From NCBI GenBank assembly GCA_963751455.1, contig CAVVUN010000015.1:32001-96000 (forward strand): 64,000 bases of DNA. The letters are read 5' to 3'. The position numbers and the translations under genes are program-made. Source of the stretch: Nitrospirota bacterium (GTDB taxonomy: Bacteria > Nitrospirota > UBA9217). The notes beneath the pieces were generated by a model that saw nothing but the letters and a program-made list of their open reading frames with translations, ran no database searches and was not told where the DNA came from. Shown piece after piece: positions 11,022 to 21,029 of the stretch (within the stretch, counting starts at the first letter, position 1; each line of letters starts with the position of its first letter).

Positions 11022-11822
11022 TTATTCTTCCTCACCCGCGACATCGGTTTCTGCCTCGGCAACTTCAACGGCCGGCTGCTCCGGCGCTTCGGCTCCGGTT
11101 GCCTTGGCTGCCTCTATTGTTTCGCCTGTTTCCTTGGCTATCGCCTGTCTGCCTTCAATAACAGCATCGGCAATTTTGGAAGCCATGAGGCGGATCGCGC
11201 GTATTGCATCGTCATTGCCCGGAATCACATAGTCGATATTGTCGGGATCGCAGTTCGTGTCCACGACAGCCACGACCTTGATGCCCAACTTGTTCGCTTC
11301 ATGCACGGCGATAGCTTCTTTCCGGGGGTCGATGATAAACACTACGGACGGCGGCTCTGCCATCGTCTTGATGCCTGACAATGTTTTTTCAAGTTTGGTC
11401 CGCTCTTTTTCCAGCCCAGCGACCTCTTTTTTCGTCAATTTTTCATAGGTGCCGTCTTCCTTCATTTTCTCGATTTTTTTCAGGCGATCAATGCTTTTTT
11501 TGATGGTCGTATAGTTTGTCAGCATGCCTCCGAGCCATCGGCTCGAGACATAATACATGCCGCATCTTTTTGCTTCCTCGGTTATCGAATCCTGAGCCTG
11601 TTTCTTGGTGCCTACGAACAAGACATCTTTACCCTGGGAAGCCGACGTGCGGACAAAATCATAGGCTTCCTTAAACAACTTGAGCGTTTTCTGGAGATCA
11701 ATGATGTAGATCCCGTTCCGTTCGCCGAAGATATACTTTTTCATCTTCGGGTTCCAACGCTTGGCCTGGTGGCCGAAATGAACTCCTGCTTCCAGTAACT
11801 CCTTCATCGTAATTGCGGACAT
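11022..11822 (-). CDS. rpsB: 30S ribosomal protein S2
   Basis: [23 protein letters not shown] motifs. Confidence 0.98.
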   Translation of the reverse strand: MSAITMKELLEAGVHFGHQAKRWNPKMKKYIFGERNGIYIIDLQKTLKLFKEAYDFVRTSASQGKDVLFVGTKKQAQDSITEEAKRCGMYYVSSRWLGGMLTNYTTIKKSIDRLKKIEKMKEDGTYEKLTKKEVAGLEKERTKLEKTLSGIKTMAEPPSVVFIIDPRKEAIAVHEANKLGIKVVAVVDTNCDPDNIDYVIPGNDDAIRAIRLMASKIADAVIEGRQAIAKETGETIEAAKATGAEAPEQPAVEVAEAETDVAGEEE

Positions 11823-11829
11823 AAGTCCT

Positions 11830-11918
11830 CCTTTGGGTTTTTACCGCCGCGTCAATCTTTCCCCGCCAGATCCCGTCTGATACGGAACACCCCTGTCGAG
11901 AGTCCTGACGCGTGTGTA
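11830..11918 (-). promoter_or_regulatory. rpsB 5' leader (t44/S2-leader-like cis-regulatory RNA)
   Basis: Minus strand reads CACACGCGTCA...GGGGTG...TGACGCG...AACCC, a closing stem plus GGGU motif directly upstream of the rpsB RBS. Confidence 0.6.
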
Positions 11919-12170
11919 ATTGTTGTCGCCGTAAAAAGGCGATCCTTAAAATAACATATGATTCTCTGTTTTTCAAGGAAAAATTTATCTTAATTTTGGT
12001 TTTTAAAAAGCCGGATATTTGCGCTTTTCGGTCATCAAAGGATCCTCGGACTGGAAACATACGGCTCCCCTTACTCAGACGGGGCAGCCTATCAGTTGAT
12101 TTCGCATTCCTAAAAAAGAGACCTTCATTTTCTCATCTCTGCAAAAAAACAATGTGTCATATTTAATAAA

Positions 12171-12204
12171 AATCAAAGACTTGCGTGATGGCATTAAAGA
12201 TGCA
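12171..12204 (+). promoter_or_regulatory. IHF site plus sigma54 (-24/-12) promoter
   Basis: AATCAAAGACTTG (12171-12183) fits WATCAANNNNTTR; TGGCATTAAAGATGCA (12189-12204) has GG-N10-GC. Confidence 0.7.
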
Positions 12205-12241
12205 ATCACTACTAAGCAGAAAGAGGAAAGGAGAAACAGCC

Positions 12242-12526
12242 ATGAAAAACTTATCGAGAAAAACAGCGTATATCGGTGCAGGCGCGGGACTGGTACTTTT
12301 CGCTGTCTTTGGACTTATGCCTGGAAGTCTTATAGGAGGCGCCATGGGCATAAATATAGCCGGATCTTTATTCGGTCTGCCGCTCGAGCCCGGTCTCATC
12401 TCCAGGGTCATCGTGTTAGTGTGCATGCTGATCGGTATTTTGGTTGCGGGGATTATGATTGTAACGGCCGCAACCACCGCCGGCTGGCTTATCGGCAAGC
12501 TGCTCAGAGTCAGGCACACATGCTAA
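12242..12526 (+). CDS. Small Gly-rich membrane protein (paralog 1)
   Basis: AGGAG RBS + ATG 12242; hydrophobic Gly-rich helices; resembles the next ORF. Confidence 0.75.
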   Translation: MKNLSRKTAYIGAGAGLVLFAVFGLMPGSLIGGAMGINIAGSLFGLPLEPGLISRVIVLVCMLIGILVAGIMIVTAATTAGWLIGKLLRVRHTC

Positions 12527-12616
12527 AGAAGGTGAAGAGGCTAAAACGGCCAACAGATAGCAAGAACAATAATCTCAGCATAGCTACTATAAAATAAGCT
12601 GCGAAAAGGAGATGCC

Positions 12617-12931
12617 ATGAAGAACGAGACGGTAAAAGCAGGAATGAAAATAGGGGCAACTATCGGAGGATTAGTGTTTCTCATACTGGGGATCGTACCG
12701 GGGTTCTATTTCGGGAGCTACGGAACCCTTATCCTGCTCCAGAAGCTTATGGGCGGCGCGGTTGAGCCGACATTGTTTGTTCGGGCAGCAGTAGTCATGG
12801 GAATTGCGGTCGGCATCGCATGTGCTGCCGCTGTAAGCATCGTAGTCGGCGGGCTGCTCGGCACAGTCATGGGCTACGTAATATCCGCCCCTGCGATACT
12901 TCGCGAAAAAAAGGCCGAGGTCAGAGCATGA
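12617..12931 (+). CDS. Small Gly-rich membrane protein (paralog 2)
   Basis: AGGAG RBS; IGAxxGxxxFxxxGxxPG and EP motifs shared with paralog 1. Confidence 0.75.
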   Translation: MKNETVKAGMKIGATIGGLVFLILGIVPGFYFGSYGTLILLQKLMGGAVEPTLFVRAAVVMGIAVGIACAAAVSIVVGGLLGTVMGYVISAPAILREKKAEVRA

Positions 12932-12986
12932 TCCGAAACTGAAAACAGGATTTATAGACAATGGACCACGAAAACCATGAAAAGCA

Positions 12987-13016
12987 AAAAGCGGTGAGAA
13001 ATCACCGCTTTTTTGT
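12987..13016 (+). terminator. Intrinsic terminator
   Basis: AAAAGCGGTGA/TCACCGCTTTT hairpin with T-tract. Confidence 0.8.
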
Positions 13017-13210
13017 TCTTTGTAAACCAGCCTTTGAGCCTGTACATTCATTGAACGTAATTCTTTAAAATTGAGTAAAGCAAGGCGTAAGTGTAAACTC
13101 ATTAAATGTGTATTTATTCAATAAAAATAAGAACCTGTTAAATAAAGATAATTTGCAGCAGAACTGTAGCAGTAACACAGCTCTTATTTTATATAGTATT
13201 ATAAAAATAC

Positions 13211-13239
13211 TTGACAAAGTTCATGAAATTGTTTATATT
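13211..13239 (+). promoter_or_regulatory. sigma70 promoter of rplM-rpsI
   Basis: TTGACA-17bp-TATATT. Confidence 0.7.
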
Positions 13240-13305
13240 CGCTATTCTTATTTACAGAGAACTGGACTTATTCTTTGACCAGAAAACAGCATAAGGCGGG
13301 TTTTT

Positions 13306-13737
13306 ATGAGAACGTATACGGCAAAAGAAGAAGATATTAAAAGGGGCTGGCATGTCGTTGATGCAAACGGGAAGACGCTCGGCAGGCTCGCGACAAGCGT
13401 CGCGTCCGTACTGAAAGGCAAGACCAAGCCGATCTACACCACGCACATAGATACGGGTGATTTTGTGATCGTTGTAAACGCCGACAAAGTTCATTTGACC
13501 GGAAGGAAACTCGATCAGAAAATGTACTACAGCCACTCCGGATATCCCGGGGGGCTCAAGTCGATAACGGCGGGCACGCTGCTGAAGTCAAAGCCCGAAG
13601 AGGTTGTGAAAAAGGCCGTGGAAGGCATGTTGCCGAAGACCCGGCTGGGGAAGCAGATGTTGAGCAAACTTAAGGTATATGCCGGAGAGCAGCACCCGCA
13701 TGCGGCGCAGCAGCCTGCAGAAATGAAGATTAAATAA
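13306..13737 (+). CDS. rplM: 50S ribosomal protein L13
   Basis: [20 protein letters not shown] motifs. Confidence 0.98.
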   Translation: MRTYTAKEEDIKRGWHVVDANGKTLGRLATSVASVLKGKTKPIYTTHIDTGDFVIVVNADKVHLTGRKLDQKMYYSHSGYPGGLKSITAGTLLKSKPEEVVKKAVEGMLPKTRLGKQMLSKLKVYAGEQHPHAAQQPAEMKIK

Positions 13738-13769
13738 ATGACACGGCAGGAAAACCAAGGAGGCTTTTG

Positions 13770-14171
13770 ATGTCAGCGGCTACAGTTTCCAGATATTATG
13801 CGACGGGCAAGAGGAAAAACTCCATAGCAAGAGTGTGGATGATGCCCGGCAGCGGCAAGATAACGATTAATGACAAGCCCATGGACCGATATTTCGGCAG
13901 GGACGTCCTCAAGATGATTATCCGCCAGCCCTTTGAAATAACGAGCACGCAGGACAAGTTCGATGTGGTCGTGAGCGTTCTTGGCGGAGGCAACTCGGGT
14001 CAGGCAGGCGCCATCAGGCACGGCATCTCGAAAGCGCTCCTTGCGGTTAATGAGGAATCGCGCGGCAAGCTTCGGAAAGAGGGGCTTTTGACGCGCGACC
14101 CGAGGGCTAAAGAGCGCAAAAAGTACGGCCAAAAGGGCGCACGGGCAAGGTTCCAATTCTCGAAGAGATAA
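13770..14171 (+). CDS. rpsI: 30S ribosomal protein S9
   Basis: [21 protein letters not shown]-terminus. Confidence 0.98.
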   Translation: MSAATVSRYYATGKRKNSIARVWMMPGSGKITINDKPMDRYFGRDVLKMIIRQPFEITSTQDKFDVVVSVLGGGNSGQAGAIRHGISKALLAVNEESRGKLRKEGLLTRDPRAKERKKYGQKGARARFQFSKR

Positions 14172-14286
14172 GGGATCATATACCTATTATCTGTGTTCGA
14201 TTCCATTGCAGATCCTGTTAAGAAAAGGGAAGGTAGAAGATGCCTTCCCTTTTTTTTGCTTTATGCGTTTAAATCAATACTACGCC

Positions 14287-15339
14287 ATGTCTTTTACCAA
14301 ACTGAAGATAGCAATCGTCGGCTCCAGCGGTTATGCCGGGGGCGAGCTTTTTAGAATTCTGCTCCAGCATTCAAGAGCAGCGGTAACCGTCGTGACATCC
14401 GAGAAGTCGGCGGGCAAAACGATAGCGTCTGTTTTCCCGCAACTGGCTGGGCTAACCGATCTGATCTGTGAACCGCTGAAACCTGAAATCATCGCCAGCA
14501 AAGCCGATTTTATTTTTCTCGCGCTTCCGCATGTTGCGGCGCAGGAAGCGGCGTTCCAATTTTTGAAACTCGGGAAAAAGGTGGTTGATCTTTCAGCCGA
14601 TTACCGGCTGGCCGATCCGGCTCTTTACGAGACGTGGTACGAACACTCTCACCAGTACCCCGAGCTTCTCAAGACGGCTGTTTATGGTCTGCCGGAACTG
14701 CATCGAAAGAACATACAAAAAGCCGTGCTCGTTGCTAATCCCGGGTGCTACCCGACCAGCGCGATTCTCGGGTTTGCCCCGCTCCTCAAGAGCGGAGTGA
14801 TCCTGCCGAAGACGATAGTAATTGATTCGAAATCGGGAGTTTCAGGCGCGGGCCGCAGTCCTTCACTGGCCCACCATTATCCCGAAGTGAATGAAGGGTT
14901 GATGGCGTACAAAGTCGGGACCCATCGACATACACCTGAAATAGAGCAGGAACTTTCCGCGCTGGCGGGGGAACCAGTTACCGTTTCCTTTACGCCCCAT
15001 CTAGTGCCTATGAACCGGGGAATTCTAACGACAATGTATTCAGACCTGAAAGTAAATATGACGACGGAAAAGCTCCATTCGCTGTACGAATCGTTTTACC
15101 GGTCTGAACCTTTCATAAGGCTGCTTCCAGCCGGTCATTTCCCGAACGTCGGAAATGTCCGGGGCTCAAATTTTTGCGACATCGGCGTGTATGCAGACGG
15201 GCGTACCGGCCGAGCAGTTGTTGTTACGGCAATCGATAACCTCGTAAAAGGAGCCGCCGGCCAGGCGGTACAGAATTTCAACCTGATGATGGGATTCGAC
15301 GAAACCGAAGCGCTCAAATTCGCAGGCCTGTTCCCGTAA
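14287..15339 (+). CDS. argC: N-acetyl-gamma-glutamyl-phosphate reductase
   Basis: [25 protein letters not shown] motifs. Confidence 0.96.
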   Translation: MSFTKLKIAIVGSSGYAGGELFRILLQHSRAAVTVVTSEKSAGKTIASVFPQLAGLTDLICEPLKPEIIASKADFIFLALPHVAAQEAAFQFLKLGKKVVDLSADYRLADPALYETWYEHSHQYPELLKTAVYGLPELHRKNIQKAVLVANPGCYPTSAILGFAPLLKSGVILPKTIVIDSKSGVSGAGRSPSLAHHYPEVNEGLMAYKVGTHRHTPEIEQELSALAGEPVTVSFTPHLVPMNRGILTTMYSDLKVNMTTEKLHSLYESFYRSEPFIRLLPAGHFPNVGNVRGSNFCDIGVYADGRTGRAVVVTAIDNLVKGAAGQAVQNFNLMMGFDETEALKFAGLFP

Positions 15340-15366
15340 TCAATTTATGCTCACAGGGGTAAAAGG

Positions 15367-16572
15367 ATGAGGATACTCGATATAAAAAATTTCTCAGTGA
15401 CCGGTTTCAAAGTCTGGGGCATCCACAGCGGCGTGAAGAAAACTGAGAAAAAAGATTTGGCAATCATTTATTCCGATCGTGAAGCCACAATTGCTGGCGT
15501 CTTTACCAGGAACCGGGTAAAGGCGGCGAGCGTAGTTCTCGATTCGGCACGCGTTAAATCGGGCAAGGGGCAGGTGATTGTAGCAAACAGCGGTTGTGCG
15601 AACGCCTGTACCGGCAAACGCGGCATGGCTGACGCCCGGACCACCGCGGAGGTTGCCGCGCGTGAACTGGGAGTTAAGGCAGATCTCGTATACGTGGCTT
15701 CGACCGGTGTTATTGGTGAGTTTCTTCCGATGTCCAAATTATCGACCGGGATCATAACGGCAGTAGGACTCCTGTCTCAGACCGGATGGGAACAGGCGGC
15801 AGAAGCCATTATGACCACTGATATATATCCCAAAATTTCAGTGGTGCAGGAGGAGCTCGGAGGCAAAACCGTAACGATAGCAGGAATTGCAAAAGGTTCA
15901 GGCATGATCCATCCGAATATGGCGACAATGCTCTGCTTTATTGTTACCGATGCCAATATTTCAGCTCCTATGCTGAAGAAGGCGCTCGCCGATTCCACTG
16001 AAAATTCTTTCAACACCATCACCGTTGACGGCGATACCAGCACGAACGACATGATTCTCTGCATGGCCAATGGGGCTGCCGGAAACAAAAGGCCCGCTCT
16101 GGACAGTAAAGATCACAAAAAATTCCAAACATGCCTGAATGCAGTAACGAAGTCGCTTGCGAAGCAAATTGTGCGCGACGGCGAGGGAGCTACCAAATTC
16201 ATAGAAATAGAAGTTCGAAACGCCAAGGATCAGAGCGAGGCAAAACGTGCCGCTCTGACCGTTGCGAAATCGAGCCTCGTTAAGACGGCGCTGTTCGGGG
16301 AAGATGCAAACTGGGGAAGAATTATGGCAGCGCTCGGCTATTCCGGAGTGGAGATGGACGAAGCAAAAACGGATATTTCTTTTGGTAAAGTAAAAGTGGT
16401 CGAAAAAGGCCTCGGTTTGGGCAAAACAGCCGAACGGGACGCGAATATTATACTTAAACAACGTGAAGTGCAGATTATTATCGATCTGCATAAAGGCAAG
16501 GCAAATTCCGCGGTTTGGACCTGTGATCTTTCATGTGAATATGTTAAGATCAATGCGGTCTACAGAAGCTGA
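15367..16572 (+). CDS. argJ: Bifunctional ornithine acetyltransferase/N-acetylglutamate synthase
   Basis: KGSGMIHPNMATML, DTSTND, DGEGATK motifs. Confidence 0.96.
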   Translation: MRILDIKNFSVTGFKVWGIHSGVKKTEKKDLAIIYSDREATIAGVFTRNRVKAASVVLDSARVKSGKGQVIVANSGCANACTGKRGMADARTTAEVAARELGVKADLVYVASTGVIGEFLPMSKLSTGIITAVGLLSQTGWEQAAEAIMTTDIYPKISVVQEELGGKTVTIAGIAKGSGMIHPNMATMLCFIVTDANISAPMLKKALADSTENSFNTITVDGDTSTNDMILCMANGAAGNKRPALDSKDHKKFQTCLNAVTKSLAKQIVRDGEGATKFIEIEVRNAKDQSEAKRAALTVAKSSLVKTALFGEDANWGRIMAALGYSGVEMDEAKTDISFGKVKVVEKGLGLGKTAERDANIILKQREVQIIIDLHKGKANSAVWTCDLSCEYVKINAVYRS

Positions 16573-16817
16573 TGTTCGAGCTTACCGCTTCGAGTTATCA
16601 AACTTCTCCGGAACGGCTTGAAAAATTTCGTTATATTTCTCTTGACAATCATCCGAGGACTTGTTAATTTAAATGATTATACTCCTTTTTGCTTCAAAAC
16701 ACTTTTTTTGTCGGTTTTATGATTAAGAAAAGGTTTTTTAAACAATAAGCTACAATATCTTTGATATTACTCATTTTTAATATATTGGTAAGATGCAGCG
16801 GGAGGGGGGTGTAGCGG

Positions 16818-17018
16818 TTGCCGAGTATCAGACTACGTGATAACGAGCCATTTGAGGTAGCACTCCGGAGATTCAAAAAGAGCATAGAAAAAGAAGGTGT
16901 GCTTTCAGAAGTAAAGAAAAGAGAGCACTATGAAAAGCCGAGTGTAAAACGCAAAAAAAAGGCTTTAGCAGCCAGAAAGAAGGCTGCTAAAACAGCCCGC
17001 ATTTATAGGCAGGGTTAG
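16818..17018 (+). CDS. rpsU: 30S ribosomal protein S21
   Basis: [15 protein letters not shown] motifs. Confidence 0.96.
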   Translation: MPSIRLRDNEPFEVALRRFKKSIEKEGVLSEVKKREHYEKPSVKRKKKALAARKKAAKTARIYRQG

Positions 17019-17046
17019 AGCTTTTTGAGATTGGAGAAAGGGTCGG

Positions 17047-17490
17047 ATGGGATTACGGGACAGGATTGATACAGAGACAAAAGAAGCCCTGAAGTCCGGC
17101 GCTAAAGAGAAACTTTCTACTTTGCGAATGTTGAGTGCCGCGTTAAAAAATAAACAAATCGACAAGCGGCGGCCCTTGACGGAAGAAGAGGTAATCGAGA
17201 CCGTTCGTTCGCTCATCAAGCAACGAAAAGATTCGATCGAGCAGTTTGCCAAGGGAGGCCGCCAGGACCTTGTTGAAAAGGAAACTGCCGAGGTCGTTGT
17301 ATTGGAGGCTTATCTGCCGCAGCAGCTGACCCGTGAAGAGCTCGAAGCAATGGTTCGAACCGCAATAGATCAGACAGGCGCCCAGGGCGCAAGAGACATG
17401 GGCAAAGTGATGAAGGCGCTCATCCCGATGCTCGGCGGAAGGGCGGATGGAAAGCTGGTAAGCGAACTGGTGAAAAATGCTTTGGGGTAA
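17047..17490 (+). CDS. GatB/YqeY domain protein
   Basis: KQRKDSIEQF, YLPQQL, DMGKVM motifs; follows rpsU. Confidence 0.92.
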   Translation: MGLRDRIDTETKEALKSGAKEKLSTLRMLSAALKNKQIDKRRPLTEEEVIETVRSLIKQRKDSIEQFAKGGRQDLVEKETAEVVVLEAYLPQQLTREELEAMVRTAIDQTGAQGARDMGKVMKALIPMLGGRADGKLVSELVKNALG

Positions 17491-17588
17491 TCTGCCTGTT
17501 TCAGGTGTTTGTTTTTATGTTTTTGACCCAGGGACTGAACAGGGGGCCATCGGTTGAAGGCCCCCTGATTTTTTTCGGAGATTAGTTT

Positions 17589-18557
17589 TTGGATCTTCAG
17601 GAATTCTACGAAACAGCGATACAAATCGGCATTGACGCGGACCCGCGCGGGAGGCCGGCGATTGAAGCCGAACTCCGGGAAATTCAAAAACAATTCGAAG
17701 AATTAAAACAGGCCGATAAAGAAACGTTCGACACCGAGAAGCTCAAAAATCCGTATGCCGATAGCCGGCTTCTGTACGGCGATCCGGGTCTCAAGGTGAA
17801 GAGCGTGCTCGTTGGCATCGATATCGAGACGCCGGAGCTTCTGCTGGCCGACCGATTAAGGCAAAAGAATACAGAAATTGATCTGGTGCTCGCTCATCAT
17901 CCCGAAGGCAGGGCGTATGCAAATTTTTATGAAGTGATGAAGATGCAGGCAGACATCCTTTACCGGTTCGGGGTCCCGATCAATATCGCCGAAAATCAGT
18001 TGAGCGGAAGAATGAAGGAAGTGGAGCGAAGCCTGCTTCCCGCGAATCATACGAGACCGGTTGATGCCGCACGACTTCTGGACATCCCCTTTCTGTGTGT
18101 TCACACCCCGGCCGACAACCTGGTTTCGAATCATCTGCAGACGCTTTTCGAGCGCGAGGCTCCGTCCCGGCTGAAAGATGTGCTCAAGCTTCTGAAAAAG
18201 ATACCGGAGTATCAGGAGGCCGTAAAGAATAACGCCGGACCGAGAATTATCGCAGGCTCCGAGGATCAGCGGCCCGGCAGAATATTCGTGGACATGACGG
18301 GCGGCACATCGGGTTCAAAGGACACGCTTCAAAAACTTTCGAATTCCGGCGTTGGAACGATTGTCGCTATGCACATGTCCGAAGACCACCGGAAGGAAGC
18401 AGAAAAGCACCATATTCACGTCGTAATCGCGGGACATATTTCGAGCGACACGCTGGGTATTAACCTGCTATTGGACTCGCTTGAACGACGTGCGGCTTTT
18501 ACGGTTCTTGAGTGCTCCGGATTTAAAAGGATCAAACGCCGGAACGAAGATGCATGA
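17589..18557 (+). CDS. Nif3-like dinuclear metal-centre protein
   Basis: AHHP, HTPAD, GHISSD metal-binding motifs. Confidence 0.8.
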   Translation: MDLQEFYETAIQIGIDADPRGRPAIEAELREIQKQFEELKQADKETFDTEKLKNPYADSRLLYGDPGLKVKSVLVGIDIETPELLLADRLRQKNTEIDLVLAHHPEGRAYANFYEVMKMQADILYRFGVPINIAENQLSGRMKEVERSLLPANHTRPVDAARLLDIPFLCVHTPADNLVSNHLQTLFEREAPSRLKDVLKLLKKIPEYQEAVKNNAGPRIIAGSEDQRPGRIFVDMTGGTSGSKDTLQKLSNSGVGTIVAMHMSEDHRKEAEKHHIHVVIAGHISSDTLGINLLLDSLERRAAFTVLECSGFKRIKRRNEDA

Positions 18558-20935
18558 ATGAACATACGCTCAAGGTTCTCGAATTTGACAAGATAAGAAC
18601 CATTATCGCAGCCTTCGCAGCATCTGACAGGGGAAAAGCCGCAGCGGTCAAAATGCTTCCCTCCGGGGACAGACTGTCGGTCATAACAAGAATCAGGGAA
18701 ACCGAGGAGTTCACGAGGATTCTCCAAAGCGGCGAGCACCCTCCGCTGGACGGAATTCCGGATGTAGACCAAGCTTTAAAAAAACTGATGGTAACCGGCG
18801 GGACCCTGTTTCCGGACGAACTGCTCTCCGTTGCGGGTCTGGTGAGCGCCGGAAGACGGATTAAAAAATTTTTTTTACGGTTCGAAGGCAGGGGATCGGT
18901 CACCTGCTCTTACCCGCTTTTATGTAAACGCACGTCGGAGCTCGAGCCGCTCAAGCATATAGAAGAGGCTGTTTCCCGGACGATCGACGATAAGGGCGCC
19001 GTGAAGGATTCGGCCAGTCCCGACCTTCGTAAAATTCGGAAGCAGATCGCGAAGACCCGGGAGGATATCCTCGGCCGCATGGCCGGCATTCTTCAGGACG
19101 CCGGTTTTCAAAAGGTGATCCAGGAGCCGGTTGTTACGGTTCGCGACGACCGTTACGTGCTGCCGCTGAAGCCCAATTTCCGGCAGAGTCTCAGGGGCGT
19201 CGTGCATGGGCAGTCCGGGTCGCGGTCCACGCTCTTTGTCGAGCCGCTTGACGTTCTGGAGCAGAATAACCGCCTTGCGGAGCTGCGCATGGACGAGCGC
19301 GAGGAGGTTGAGCGGATTCTCCGCGAATTGACGTCGCTTCTCTCAAAAGATGCGGACAAAATAGAACAAACCGCCCGCATCCTGGAAGACGTCGATCTGA
19401 TTTATGCGCGGGCGCGATTCGGAATCGAGTATGGCGGTGTCATACCCATAATTAGGGACGGTCCTGGTCTTCAGCTCCGCGCGGCAAGGCACCCGTTGCT
19501 CGCGGCAAAGAGCAGGGCGGGAGGGAATTCCGGCGATGTGATGCCGAACGATATCGTGCTGGGCGGAGAACACCGGGCGCTTATCGTGAGCGGGCCGAAT
19601 GCCGGCGGCAAGACCGTTATTTTGAAAACTGCCGGCATTCTTTGCCTCATGACGCAGTCAGGTGTGCCTGTGACAGCCGGTGAAGGGACCGAGCTCCCGT
19701 GTTTTAGCTCGATAGTCGCGGATATCGGCGATGAACAGAGTCTGGAGCAGGACTTGAGCACATTCTCTGCCCACGTCAGCAGGGTCGCAGAAATTCTGAA
19801 GAATGCCGATAAAGAGTCCCTCGTATTGATTGATGAACTGGGATCCGGAACAGACCCTGCCGAAGGGGCGGGACTCGGTGCAGCAGTGCTCGAAACTCTG
19901 ATCCAGCGCGGATGCACTACTGTCGTGACAACTCACGATCGCGCCCTGAAGCTTTTCGGGTCTCAAACGGGGGGCGCGGTGAATGCCGCAATGGAATTCG
20001 ATCCGGCGACACTTAAACCGACGTACCGGTTGATTCCGGGCAGGCCCGGCAGAAGCTACGGATTGGACATGGCGGCACGGCTCGGTATACCGGATGACGT
20101 CATCCGAAACGCGCGCGCCAGGCTCTCGCAAGACGATGTGAAGCTGGAACAGCTGCTGAAACAGGTCGAAGAAGAGAGCCGGATGCTGTCTTCAGAACGG
20201 CAGGTTTTCGAACGGGCGCTTGCCGCCGCAAAAAAAGAGCAGGACGAGGCTCATGCGGCGCTTCGGGCCGCCCGGGAAGAGGCGCGGGAAGTAAAATTCA
20301 AGGCAAAGGCGGAAGCAACAGAGGTTCTTGCGCGGCTTCGTCGAAAACTTCGCGAACTTTCCCGCGCATCAACCCTTGAACGGACCGAAATACAGAAAGC
20401 GGGCGCTGAAGCAGAATCGATCGGGAGGATACTGGAACCGGAGGTTTCTGAAAAAGTTTTTTCGGCGGCTTTTCTTGCAGACATTCATCCCGGGGCTACG
20501 GTGCGGATTGCAAGGCTGAATAAGCCCGCGCTTGTTCTGGCCAGGCACCGCGATATGCTTGAACTGGAAGTAAGCGGCAAAAAATTGAAGGTTCCGATTG
20601 CAGAGGTAGGACCCTTAGAACTGTTACCAGATACGCACTCTCCGGGGATTACTCCAGGATGGAGCGCCGATTTTTCCGGGGATGAGATCGCAGTCGACCG
20701 GTTGAATATCATCGGTCTTCGTGTAAACGACGGGCTGGCCGAGGTTGAACGGTTTATCGATAGAGCTTCTGCCGGCCATGTATCAATCGTAACGATCATT
20801 CACGGACTGGGAACCGGGGCGCTCAAGGCTGCTGTAAACGACTTGCTGAAAAACCACCCGCTTGTCGCGTCAATGAGGTCCGGCACGCCTTCTGAGGGTG
20901 GCGCGGGGGTCACGGTGGCTGAGTTGAAAAAATGA
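18554..20935 (+). CDS. mutS2: Endonuclease MutS2
   Basis: GPNAGGKT Walker A, LSTFS, DELGSGTDP, C-terminal Smr (IIHGLGTG). Confidence 0.95.
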   Translation: MNEHTLKVLEFDKIRTIIAAFAASDRGKAAAVKMLPSGDRLSVITRIRETEEFTRILQSGEHPPLDGIPDVDQALKKLMVTGGTLFPDELLSVAGLVSAGRRIKKFFLRFEGRGSVTCSYPLLCKRTSELEPLKHIEEAVSRTIDDKGAVKDSASPDLRKIRKQIAKTREDILGRMAGILQDAGFQKVIQEPVVTVRDDRYVLPLKPNFRQSLRGVVHGQSGSRSTLFVEPLDVLEQNNRLAELRMDEREEVERILRELTSLLSKDADKIEQTARILEDVDLIYARARFGIEYGGVIPIIRDGPGLQLRAARHPLLAAKSRAGGNSGDVMPNDIVLGGEHRALIVSGPNAGGKTVILKTAGILCLMTQSGVPVTAGEGTELPCFSSIVADIGDEQSLEQDLSTFSAHVSRVAEILKNADKESLVLIDELGSGTDPAEGAGLGAAVLETLIQRGCTTVVTTHDRALKLFGSQTGGAVNAAMEFDPATLKPTYRLIPGRPGRSYGLDMAARLGIPDDVIRNARARLSQDDVKLEQLLKQVEEESRMLSSERQVFERALAAAKKEQDEAHAALRAAREEAREVKFKAKAEATEVLARLRRKLRELSRASTLERTEIQKAGAEAESIGRILEPEVSEKVFSAAFLADIHPGATVRIARLNKPALVLARHRDMLELEVSGKKLKVPIAEVGPLELLPDTHSPGITPGWSADFSGDEIAVDRLNIIGLRVNDGLAEVERFIDRASAGHVSIVTIIHGLGTGALKAAVNDLLKNHPLVASMRSGTPSEGGAGVTVAELKK

Positions 20936-21029
20936 ATCACGCGGAGTCCCAGAGGAGTCTTCATGATCAAGCCGCATCCGGGATGCCCGATTGCCGGTTC
21001 AAGCTGCTGCTGAGAAGGAAACAATAGCC

